Below, piece after piece: positions 14,115 to 21,315 of a stretch of 30,931 nt of DNA. Within the stretch, counting starts at the first letter, position 1, and every line of letters starts with the position of its first letter. The translations under genes were made by a program, and so were the position numbers. This DNA is from a virus (Duplodnaviria > Heunggongvirae > Uroviricota > Caudoviricetes), in the IMG/VR virus record IMGVR_UViG_2651869725_000007. The stretch is one strand, 5' to 3'. The notes beneath the pieces were generated by a model that saw only the letters and a program-made list of their open reading frames with translations, searched no databases and had not been told where the DNA came from.

Positions 14115-14429
14115 TTAGCATTTTTTTGACCGCGCGTTTCCGGACGTATTCTGTTCTCCTGTCCCTTTATATCGTCGGAATACCCGCCGCTCTTCAAATC
14201 CCATTCCCAACTCAGAATGTAGTCTGTTGACCGCTTGTTTTATTTCGGTCAGGTTCACCGGTGAAACCGAAGTCCGGCGCGCCTTACGCAAACACTCTGC
14301 TCGTTTCTGTGCTGCCACTTTTCTTTTCTGGTCATCACTTAGCTGTACCATCACTTTTGCCCATCGTTCAGCTGCTCTCCGGTACAGTCCTTTTTTCTCC
14401 AGACATTCTGCCACGTGATCATGTAGCAT
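14115..14429 (-). CDS. PerC/Pch-family transcriptional activator-like protein
   Basis: 104-aa ORF with a motif ...LEKKGLYRRAAERWAKVM... resembling the PerC family signature as I recall it; assigned from memory. Confidence 0.4.
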   Translation of the reverse strand: MLHDHVAECLEKKGLYRRAAERWAKVMVQLSDDQKRKVAAQKRAECLRKARRTSVSPVNLTEIKQAVNRLHSELGMGFEERRVFRRYKGTGEQNTSGNARSKKC

Positions 14430-14893
14430 AAGTGACCTCCGATTATCTACAGACTGCCATCATGAATTTACCTTCCCTTAATGAAATAACAATAAAAAAT
14501 AAATCACAGAAAAACAATAAAACAACACACAAAAAACTAAATAATAAACAAAAATAATCACCTTATTTTATTATTTTTTGAGGGAGCGATTACTGAACAA
14601 AAAACGCTGACTATATACTCAAAACCAAACAACTATTCTGTCAATCAGGTATCATGGCAACACACGGAATTACCGTGTTTTTGCCTTCTCTGCCCATACA
14701 ATACGGGCATATACTTAATACTCTATTGTAATATTTCTATCCATGCGCCCCACTCCATTTACCTGTAAATAATATTCAAAATATTTATCACAGAAATCGT
14801 TTTTGGCCATGAACTGAGCACACTATAAAGTCCGGAACTGACTTTTTGTTAAATTACCTTAACGTTACCAGTAACACTTTTCATAACAAAACA

Positions 14894-15373
14894 TCACGGT
14901 ATACACTGGGTACGGATATATTCCTGTGCTCCTTCCAGTTGCTTTTGCATTGTCATCAGCCGTTCTCTGAGGGTGAAATAATCCCGTTCAGCGGTGTCTG
15001 CCAGTCGGGGGGCGGCTGCATTACCCACGCCGGGGGCGGCGGTGGCTTCACGTCCGGCCTGACAGACTGCTCTGATGCGCAACCGACGACGACCAGCGGC
15101 AATATCATCACGCAGAGCATCATTTTCAGCTTTTGCATCAGCTAACTCCCTTGAGTATTTTTCATCCAGTGCAGCAACATCGCGCTGACGCTGCTGCATG
15201 TCAGTAATGGTGGCGTTCGCCTTGCTGAGTTTTTCCTTCGCTTTATCGAGCTGGTCTTTGTAGGCGATGGCGTTATCACGATAATAATTGACTGCCCATG
15301 ACAGGCAGACGATGATGCAAATAACCAGAGCATAAATAATCGCGGCGACTCTGCTCACTGATCTATCCCCCAA
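14894..15373 (-). CDS. Rz: i-spanin Rz
   Basis: Matches lambda Rz (…[26 protein letters not shown]…[11 protein letters not shown]…); overlaps the end of R. Confidence 0.88.
   Translation of the reverse strand: MGDRSVSRVAAIIYALVICIIVCLSWAVNYYRDNAIAYKDQLDKAKEKLSKANATITDMQQRQRDVAALDEKYSRELADAKAENDALRDDIAAGRRRLRIRAVCQAGREATAAPGVGNAAAPRLADTAERDYFTLRERLMTMQKQLEGAQEYIRTQCIP
14956..15138 (-). CDS. Rz1: o-spanin Rz1, lipoprotein embedded in Rz
   Basis: 60-aa ORF nested in another frame of Rz: [22 protein letters not shown]…[27 protein letters not shown]; lipobox and Pro-rich core as in lambda Rz1. Confidence 0.85.
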   Translation of the reverse strand: MQKLKMMLCVMILPLVVVGCASEQSVRPDVKPPPPPAWVMQPPPDWQTPLNGIISPSENG

Positions 15374-15888
15374 CAGGCTAATGCGCTTTCCTGGTCACGA
15401 CGAATAACCTGTCCATAGCAGTTATTTGAACGTATGCGGCAATCGCGCCCACCATCTTTTATCCACCAGCGAATCGCCTCGCATGCACCCTTACGATCAC
15501 CGGCATTCAGCCGCTTATAAAACGTCGACGGGAAACACTTACCGGGGCCAATGTTATAGGGACAAAATGACGCGATACCCGCTTTCTGTGGTTCAGTCAG
15601 TGGTACTTTAATATTGCGCTCCACCCATGCCAGCGCCTTATCACGTTCAATGGCGTTAACCAGGTCGCATTTTTCCTTCGACAGTTTCATACCGGGAAAA
15701 ACGGGTTTTCCATCCACCACCGTGGCCCCCCGACAGATGGTCCATATGCCGGAACCATCGCAGTATGCCGCTGTGTGGTTACCTTCTTTTTCGTCCAGAA
15801 ACTGGTCGAGTATTTGAGGAGCAGACGCGCCTGCAGCAATCAGCGCCAGAACGGCTGCTGACAGGCCGTATTTGATATTAGCATTCAT
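15355..15888 (-). CDS. R: SAR endolysin (GH24 lysozyme with N-terminal signal-anchor-release segment)
   Basis: 177-aa ORF with a hydrophobic N-terminus ([15 protein letters not shown]) followed by a catalytic E…D…T pattern typical of T4-type lysozymes. Confidence 0.85.
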   Translation of the reverse strand: MNANIKYGLSAAVLALIAAGASAPQILDQFLDEKEGNHTAAYCDGSGIWTICRGATVVDGKPVFPGMKLSKEKCDLVNAIERDKALAWVERNIKVPLTEPQKAGIASFCPYNIGPGKCFPSTFYKRLNAGDRKGACEAIRWWIKDGGRDCRIRSNNCYGQVIRRDQESALACWGIDQ

Positions 15889-16015
15889 GGATATTTATCA
15901 GGATTTATCAGTTTCTAATCTCTAGATATGTTAAGCACTCAGCCCGTCAGTGGTGGATACTGGCGTATGTAATAAAGGCGGGATGGCTGATTACCTCTGA
16001 TAAGGGAATGTAACT

Positions 16016-16312
16016 ATGAACGGTATAGATCCATTCAAACCAATCAGTAAGCAACTTGATGTGGTATTACCACAACTGACAAAACACAACGACCTTCTGG
16101 ATAAAGTGTTGCCTTTTTATATTGCTGTTACCGCAAAATTATCAGGTAAAACTCGAGAAGAGGTTCTCAAATATAACATGCTGGCTTTAGAAACAATTTT
16201 TGGCTCAGAAAAAGCGGGAAAATCACCCAAAGAGCTGGCAGAATCTCAATTTGCTTATATGACAAATATAAGAGTATCCGAAATCTTTGATAAGCTACCA
16301 GACATTGAATAA
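16016..16312 (+). CDS. hypothetical protein, antisense to the late operon
   Basis: 98-aa ORF with an AAGGGA ribosome-binding site and its own downstream terminator; no family recognised. Confidence 0.5.
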   Translation: MNGIDPFKPISKQLDVVLPQLTKHNDLLDKVLPFYIAVTAKLSGKTREEVLKYNMLALETIFGSEKAGKSPKELAESQFAYMTNIRVSEIFDKLPDIE

Positions 16313-16318
16313 TTTCTA

Positions 16319-16347
16319 AGCGGCAGTAATGCCGCTTTATATTTTTT
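16319..16347 (+). terminator. intrinsic terminator for the 98-aa plus-strand gene
   Basis: Hairpin AGCGGCA-GTAA-TGCCGCT followed by TTATATTTTTT. Confidence 0.5.
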
Positions 16348-16555
16348 CAGCCAAATCTCTCAAGAACTGTTTGGCATGTTTTACCGCAGTAACTTCATAA
16401 TAATCCAAACCAGCTCCTTCAAGTCGCTCAAGGTTGATGTTCAGATCAAAAATTTCACCGGCAAAACGTTCTTTGTCCTGTAACGTTAAGATTACCGTAA
16501 CTTTATTCTCAAAATTGCGGGTCCCTTTCACAATCAGTTCATAGTTTTTAGTCAT
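16337..16555 (-). CDS. hypothetical protein coupled to the holin, possibly YdfR/DUF1327-like
   Basis: 72-aa ORF whose GAGGAG ribosome-binding site lies in the holin 3' end and whose ATG is 4 nt after the holin stop. Family resemblance is from memory. Confidence 0.5.
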   Translation of the reverse strand: MTKNYELIVKGTRNFENKVTVILTLQDKERFAGEIFDLNINLERLEGAGLDYYEVTAVKHAKQFLRDLAEKI

Positions 16556-16559
16556 TGTC

Positions 16560-16775
16560 TTACTCTCCTCTCGCAGCCTTACGCCTGTCTTCTTTAATTT
16601 TGAAATAAAGGTTTGTCAGGTACGTCAGCAAGCCAAACACCAGGCTACCCAATACACCTATTGCCACCCACTGGGATGGGGAGACTTTGTCCAGCAACTG
16701 CAGTAGCCAGTATCCCGTCCCCACCGCTGAAGTGGTGTATGACACACCTGTTGTGATTTTTTCCATCTGGTACAT
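16560..16775 (-). CDS. S: class II holin / pinholin (phage 21 S-type) with dual start motif
   Basis: …[71 protein letters not shown] matches phage 21 S pattern; two Met codons 3 residues apart. Confidence 0.85.
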   Translation of the reverse strand: MYQMEKITTGVSYTTSAVGTGYWLLQLLDKVSPSQWVAIGVLGSLVFGLLTYLTNLYFKIKEDRRKAARGE

Positions 16776-17184
16776 ACCCCGTCTCCCGTTATCCGGAAGC
16801 TGACAACAATAAAAAGCCACCAGTTAATTCCTGATGTCCCTGAGGCATAAACGTCATAATACCTGACTGTTATGATTGACAATAATGATAATGTTTATAT
16901 AGAAAGGTTCCCGATATGTGTTACATATCATTTCTCCACGGGGAATATCCCCACGCCAGCGCAGACTCTTTTACCCGTTCTCTTCTGCGCTGGCTCTTTT
17001 TTTATTATGCTGCTGCATTTACCTCTGGCACCAGGCTTTTTATCTCAACACCATACGTGGTACTTCGTGTAACCAATATCATAACGATTAATCGACATCG
17101 AATTTCTCCCGTGTACAGGAACAGAGTTAAAAAGCCGGAACCGGAATCAAATCACAGGATGACCATCTGCCAGTGGCTGGTCGT

Positions 17185-17212
17185 AAAAAAAAGGCCGCGC
17201 CATGCGCAGCCG
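17185..17212 (-). terminator. strong intrinsic terminator downstream of the TerB-like cassette
   Basis: On the minus strand: GGCTGCGC-ATG-GCGCGGCC followed by nine T. Confidence 0.55.
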
Positions 17213-17426
17213 GAAATAAAGGGATAACGATGATAGTTTGAGAAAAACAGAAATAACACTTTTGTGGCAAAGCATGGTGCCGGGTGCCTCCCGGTGAATT
17301 CAGCCGGTGTCACTGAACCCGCGTCGGCTTGCCTATAACATAATAAATGCTACCTACACCAGTCGCCCCTCCGCACAGGGGGATTCACCATGCAGAAGTG
17401 TTTTTAATAAACAGTAAACAAAAAAA

Positions 17427-17594
17427 TCAAGCATTATGCAGGCTGTTTCTTTTTATCACCGGCCACAGCAATACCACAATGCCGCAGACCAGCACCCCAT
17501 CCGCCAGCACCGACATGATTCTGCTGGTGAAATCCACCATCACCACCAGAAACAGCAGGAGTGCAGCCACAGTCAGGCGCAGTTTTACCGTCAC
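17427..17594 (-). CDS. putative small membrane protein (55 aa), GTG start overlapping the TerB-like stop
   Basis: Not in the ORF track. GTGA start/stop overlap and a GGAGA ribosome-binding site; product VTVKLRLTVAALLLFLVVMVDFTSRIMSVLADGVLVCGIVVLLWPVIKRNSLHNA has two hydrophobic segments. Confidence 0.4.
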   Translation of the reverse strand: MTVKLRLTVAALLLFLVVMVDFTSRIMSVLADGVLVCGIVVLLWPVIKRNSLHNA

Positions 17595-18052
17595 AGGTGA
17601 TTCTCCAGACGAAGACCCAGAACACCGGCAATCTCTTCCAGCACCTTGCGCTCTTCCGGCTCAATTTCGCCGTCTGCCTCCGCAATGGCCACCGCCACAT
17701 CCAGCACATCTTCCGCTTCACGCGTATCGTGTTTCACATCCTCGATCTCACGTAACGCCGCACGACGACCAATTTTAAAGTTCGTATCCAGCTGACCGAT
17801 AATGGTTGCGCTCATCGCATTAATTTCTGACGTAAACGCGGACAGCGCTGGCTGATTACGCAGTACCTGTTCGATCTTCGCTTTCTCGGAAGCCTCACAT
17901 TCACCATCTGCACAGGCCACCAGGTATGCGGCGTTAATCACCGCCTGTGCCAGATCGCGTTTTTCAAACTTTTTAATTTCCGTTGCCGCTCTGCGGGCTT
18001 TTTTTACCAAAAATACCAAACATCGTGACGTTCCTTTGGGTGGGTGAGCCAA
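17591..18052 (-). CDS. TerB-domain (tellurite-resistance TerB-like) protein
   Basis: 153-aa ORF with two TerB-type repeats: …AAYLVACADGECEASEKAKIEQVL… and …VAVAIAEADGEIEPEERKVLEEIAGVLGL…. Confidence 0.55.
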   Translation of the reverse strand: MAHPPKGTSRCLVFLVKKARRAATEIKKFEKRDLAQAVINAAYLVACADGECEASEKAKIEQVLRNQPALSAFTSEINAMSATIIGQLDTNFKIGRRAALREIEDVKHDTREAEDVLDVAVAIAEADGEIEPEERKVLEEIAGVLGLRLENHL

Positions 18053-18192
18053 CGCCCGGGAGCGATCTGCCCACAGAGAAAGTCACACTGACCACTCCAT
18101 AAGCTCCCCCCGAAAGGCTCTGTGGTTGGTATGCGCCGGGCGTGGTGCGGATACAAAAAAGGTCCGCAAAAGCGAGCGAGGGAAAATAAGTG

Positions 18193-18269
18193 TGGTGCGT
18201 TGTACTGGGTTCGAACCAGTGACCGATTGCTTAGAAGGCAATTGCTCTGTCCGGCTGAGCTAACAACGC
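18193..18269 (-). tRNA. tRNA-Arg (anticodon UCU)
   Basis: Hand-folded cloverleaf on the minus strand: 7-bp acceptor stem, anticodon loop CTTCTAA, T-loop TTCGAAC, 3' CCA encoded. Confidence 0.88.
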
Positions 18270-18282
18270 AGAATACCGATAA

Positions 18283-18359
18283 TGGACCGCCATCGGAGAC
18301 TCGAACCCCGCGAAACCAGCTTCGAAGGCTGGCGTTCTATCCCGATGAGCTAATGGCGG
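18283..18359 (-). tRNA. tRNA-Arg (anticodon UCG)
   Basis: Cloverleaf on the minus strand with anticodon loop CTTCGAA, T-loop TTCGAGT, 3' CCA; one mismatch in the D stem. Confidence 0.82.
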
Positions 18360-18360
18360 T

Positions 18361-18436
18361 TGGTGGCCCTTGCTGGATTTGAACCAGCGACCTGGCGATT
18401 ATGAGTCGCTCGCTCTCACCACTGAGCTAAAGGGCC
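18361..18436 (-). tRNA. tRNA-Ile2 (anticodon CAU), ileX/ileZ-like
   Basis: Minus-strand sequence GGCCCTTTAGCTCAGTGG…CTCATAATCGCC…GGTTCAAATCC…GGGCCACCA closely follows E. coli ileX as recalled. Confidence 0.85.
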
Positions 18437-18476
18437 GGGAGCAGAATAATAACGGTGCATAATTAATTCTTCAATA

Positions 18477-19535
18477 TCATCCGTTCTGGCTGACTAAATC
18501 CTGTACTTCCCGAACCGTCTGCTCAAAACGTTCAGTCTCCAGTTCAACACCAGTTGCACGACGTCCCAGCGCCATCGCTGCTTTGACTGTCGAACCCGAC
18601 CCCATGAAGAAATCTGCAACCAGGTCTCCCGGACGACTGCTTGCGCTGATTATCTGCTGCAACATTTCTGCCGGTTTTTCGCACGGATGTTTCCCGGGAT
18701 AGTAATGCATCGGTTTATGCGTCCACACATCGGTGTACGGCACCTGCACCGTCACACCGAAATACCGCCGCAGATGCTTATATTCACTCTGCAGTTCCGT
18801 ATACTGCCGGTTCAGTTCACTGTATGTGCTGACCAGCTGGTGGTGTGGCTTTTCCAGTTCACAGCGTTGATGTTTTTCTGCTGCAACACGCGCAAACAAC
18901 GCCTGTAATTTCAGATAATCGCCTTCGTTCGGCAACTGCCACTGACTGATACCAAACCAGTGCGAAACCATGTTTTTCTTTCCGGTGGCTTCCGCTATCT
19001 GTTTTGACGTTATTCCCAGTGATTCACGCGCATCACGAAAGTAAGAAATCAGCGGGGCCATGACGTGCTGTTTTAGCTCGCGCCCCTTTGCCGCATAGCC
19101 GTCATTTTTGGGCTGGTATGGCCCCTGATAATGTTCTGCAAACAGAATGCGTTCTGTTGCCGGGAAATACGCCCGCAGGCTTTCCTTGTTGCATCCGTTC
19201 CAGCGTCCGGACGGCTTCGCCCAGATAATGTGGTTCAGCACATTAAAGCGTTCACGCATCATGATTTCGGTATCAGATGCCAGACGATGACCACAGAACA
19301 GGTAAAGACTTCCGGCAGGTTTTAATACCCGCCAGAACTGCGCAAGGCACTGGTCCAGCCATTTCAGGTAATCAGCGTCCCCCTTCCACTGGTTATCCCA
19401 GCCTTCGGGTTTCACTTTAAAGTATGGCGGGTCTGTGACTATCAGATCGACAGAGTTTTCCGGTAAGGTCTGGATAAATTTCAGGCAATCAGCGTTGATT
19501 AACTCACAGCTGGATATTTTTACAGTGTTAGTCAT
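18477..19535 (-). CDS. orphan DNA methyltransferase, beta-class (N6-adenine or N4-cytosine)
   Basis: 352-aa ORF with motif IV TDPPY near the N-terminus and motif I FFMGSGST near the C-terminus; no restriction enzyme gene nearby. Confidence 0.85.
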   Translation of the reverse strand: MTNTVKISSCELINADCLKFIQTLPENSVDLIVTDPPYFKVKPEGWDNQWKGDADYLKWLDQCLAQFWRVLKPAGSLYLFCGHRLASDTEIMMRERFNVLNHIIWAKPSGRWNGCNKESLRAYFPATERILFAEHYQGPYQPKNDGYAAKGRELKQHVMAPLISYFRDARESLGITSKQIAEATGKKNMVSHWFGISQWQLPNEGDYLKLQALFARVAAEKHQRCELEKPHHQLVSTYSELNRQYTELQSEYKHLRRYFGVTVQVPYTDVWTHKPMHYYPGKHPCEKPAEMLQQIISASSRPGDLVADFFMGSGSTVKAAMALGRRATGVELETERFEQTVREVQDLVSQNG

Positions 19536-19671
19536 AGATCAATAAGCACTTCTCTGATAGGCTCATTCTGCTTTTGCGCAAAGCAGATGGGCCTGAGGTT
19601 TGCTTGTGACCCCAACGCATGAGCAGATGGCTGGCAGGTGCCGCTAACACCCACCAGCCGCCCATTACCAC

Positions 19672-19699
19672 AAATAAAAAAGCCTTCAGGGCTGAAGGC
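19672..19699 (-). terminator. intrinsic terminator at the 3' end of the 65-aa gene
   Basis: On the minus strand: GCCTTCAG-CC-CTGAAGGC followed by TTTTTTATTT; the hairpin includes the stop codon. Confidence 0.45.
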
Positions 19700-19883
19700 G
19701 TCTGTAACAACCGAACTGATAATCTGCCAGACCCGCCATAACAAGCTGGGTCAGTATTAACTGGCAGCGTTCGCGTGAAAGGTAAGTATTCTGCGCAATC
19801 TCCCCGACTGTCGCCGGGTCGGTAACGCTTAATTCATTAAACACCACTCTGGCGGTTTCTGTCATATCCTGCTGTTTTAGCAT
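19686..19883 (-). CDS. small hypothetical protein with a possible helix-turn-helix
   Basis: 65-aa ORF between tR' and the methyltransferase; segment TVGEIAQNTYLSRERCQLILTQLVMAGL looks like a winged-helix. No family assigned. Confidence 0.4.
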   Translation of the reverse strand: MLKQQDMTETARVVFNELSVTDPATVGEIAQNTYLSRERCQLILTQLVMAGLADYQFGCYRRLQP

Positions 19884-20003
19884 GTCTTTTTTCCCTTTTG
19901 GTTAACGTGACATACCAATAACTCTTGTCGAAAAAGCCAGCAAGTTGAAAGACCGGTATTCGCAACCACCAGCGCGTTTAACGTCCTGTGCCGTTTTTCA
20001 GGC

Positions 20004-20030
20004 AATAAAAAACCCGCTCGGTGGCGGGTT
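20004..20030 (-). terminator. candidate tR', terminator of a short pR' transcript
   Basis: On the minus strand: AACCCGC-CACCGA-GCGGGTT followed by TTTTATTGCC, about 80-110 nt below the Q-like stop. Confidence 0.5.
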
Positions 20031-20077
20031 GTAAAAATTCTTCTAACGTCAGGCATAAAACGCCCATCATCAGGGTG

Positions 20078-20105
20078 AATTTACCACAGATTCGGGAAAA
20101 ATCAA
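20078..20105 (-). promoter_or_regulatory. candidate late promoter pR'
   Basis: On the minus strand just after the Q-like stop: -35 TTGATT, 16-nt spacer, extended -10 TGGTAAATT. Confidence 0.4.
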
Positions 20106-20110
20106 CAACA

Positions 20111-20932
20111 CTATCGCGTTACCCTCTTTAACTGCCGCTCCGCCCATGCCTCTTCAATGTCAAACCGAACCACCAACGTATCGTAAAAGCGTTTCACTGA
20201 TTTTTTCCATGTATCAAGCGTGATAGCACTCGTCACTTTGCATATGGCATTAAATGCCTCCGTTGATGGCAGTCTTTCATAGCCACGACCGCCACAACAC
20301 CGGCAGTCCCTGATAACAGGCATACCCCGTTTTTCTGACTCTTCACGATGAATGGCAACACCACGCCCACGGCAGTCTTTACAGGCAGTGGAGATCTCTC
20401 CCTTCCCTTTACATTCTGGACAGGAAACTTTCACCACCTCCCGGATTTTTTTCCATTCTTCCCAATAAGACGGATACACGCCTTTTGTGCACTTTGCCCA
20501 TACTGGCGGCTTACCATCCGGATACTGAACCTTGTTTGTAAAAACTTCGCTTTCAATAAATTTTTCCCCACGGCAACAAGAACACTGCTTTTTACTCGCT
20601 GCACTGCGGGCATAATCCTCAAAAGCATACGAAGCCATAATGCGCATCACTGCCGGTTTTATTTCTGCCGGAAGTTTTCTTAACGCCGCCACGCGATCGC
20701 ACTGACTTAATGCATAATCTGCCAGTAATTCTGTTGCCCGCACCCTGTCGTTCATACTAATGCCCATTTTCCCCAGGAACGCAGAAAATCCCATCTCAGC
20801 CCGGTTCTGTGTCATGCCCTGTGCAGCCATCACATCAGTGATACTCAGTGCATCTTTTGATGTCGAGGCGGATGCATCAGTCAGGCCTGGCGATTTCGGG
20901 GAATAGTATTTCGGTAAATCTTCCAGTTTCAT
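20111..20932 (-). CDS. Q-like late antiterminator with multiple Cys-x-x-Cys zinc-finger motifs
   Basis: 273-aa ORF after rusA and before a promoter/terminator pair; CSCCRGEKF, CPECKGKGE, CKDCRGRG, CRCCGGRG. Assigned by position and motifs. Confidence 0.6.
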   Translation of the reverse strand: MKLEDLPKYYSPKSPGLTDASASTSKDALSITDVMAAQGMTQNRAEMGFSAFLGKMGISMNDRVRATELLADYALSQCDRVAALRKLPAEIKPAVMRIMASYAFEDYARSAASKKQCSCCRGEKFIESEVFTNKVQYPDGKPPVWAKCTKGVYPSYWEEWKKIREVVKVSCPECKGKGEISTACKDCRGRGVAIHREESEKRGMPVIRDCRCCGGRGYERLPSTEAFNAICKVTSAITLDTWKKSVKRFYDTLVVRFDIEEAWAERQLKRVTR

Positions 20933-21303
20933 TTTTTGACCTGCCCGTCATGCATTATTTCGTAAATTTTCACGCCCAACCGACCACCAGGAACAGGCAG
21001 ACCGCGCACAATATTAATTTCATCAAACTGCTCGTCGTCTATGAGTAGTCCGGCATGCGTCAGCGCATCCAGTGGTGCTTTCAGGATATTGTCCAGGTCA
21101 CGACGGCGCTTATCCGGTGGCTCTGCAATAATCTTTATCGCCAGCCTTCCGGACAGGTTTAATTTCAACCGCTTCTGGCGAACAATGAGCGCCACATCAC
21201 GGCGATAACGCTCACCGGATTTTGATACAAAATATGTGCTGCCACGACGTCGCCAGTAGGTGTTCACCGTCGGCGGGTAAGGCAAAACAAACTCTATACG
21301 CAT
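20929..21303 (-). CDS. rusA: Holliday junction resolvase RusA
   Basis: 124-aa ORF with the RusA core …PPDKRRRDLDNILKAPLDALTHAGLLIDDEQ…. Confidence 0.85.
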   Translation of the reverse strand: MRIEFVLPYPPTVNTYWRRRGSTYFVSKSGERYRRDVALIVRQKRLKLNLSGRLAIKIIAEPPDKRRRDLDNILKAPLDALTHAGLLIDDEQFDEINIVRGLPVPGGRLGVKIYEIMHDGQVKK

Positions 21304-21315
21304 CAGTAACCTCTT

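Noticed and set aside
14480-14590. A-rich low-complexity stretch that might suggest a repeat array or CRISPR leader.
   Set aside because: No regular repeat-spacer periodicity and no cas genes in the window; it is consistent with an AT-rich promoter or leader region.
16872-17227. Plus-strand track ORFs (66 aa and 103 aa) upstream of the holin, and a GC-rich hairpin with T-run at 16955-17003.
   Set aside because: The ORFs contain the hairpin and T-run within them, lack ribosome-binding sites and have odd composition. The hairpin has an 18-nt loop, so I do not call it a terminator with confidence.
17434-17721. 95-aa minus-strand track ORF overlapping the 3' end of the TerB-like gene.
   Set aside because: It is in a different frame with a Trp/Arg/Gly-rich low-complexity product and mostly overlaps the TerB-like coding sequence. 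The 55-aa GTG-initiated frame covering the same DNA is more plausible.
17591-18052. Possibility that the cargo after the tRNA cluster is a Shiga toxin operon.
   Set aside because: The single 153-aa product shows none of the StxA or StxB features; it carries TerB-like repeats instead.
18477-19535. Possibility of a complete restriction-modification system.
   Set aside because: No candidate restriction endonuclease ORF is adjacent; neighbours are a 65-aa protein and tRNA genes, so the methyltransferase appears orphan.
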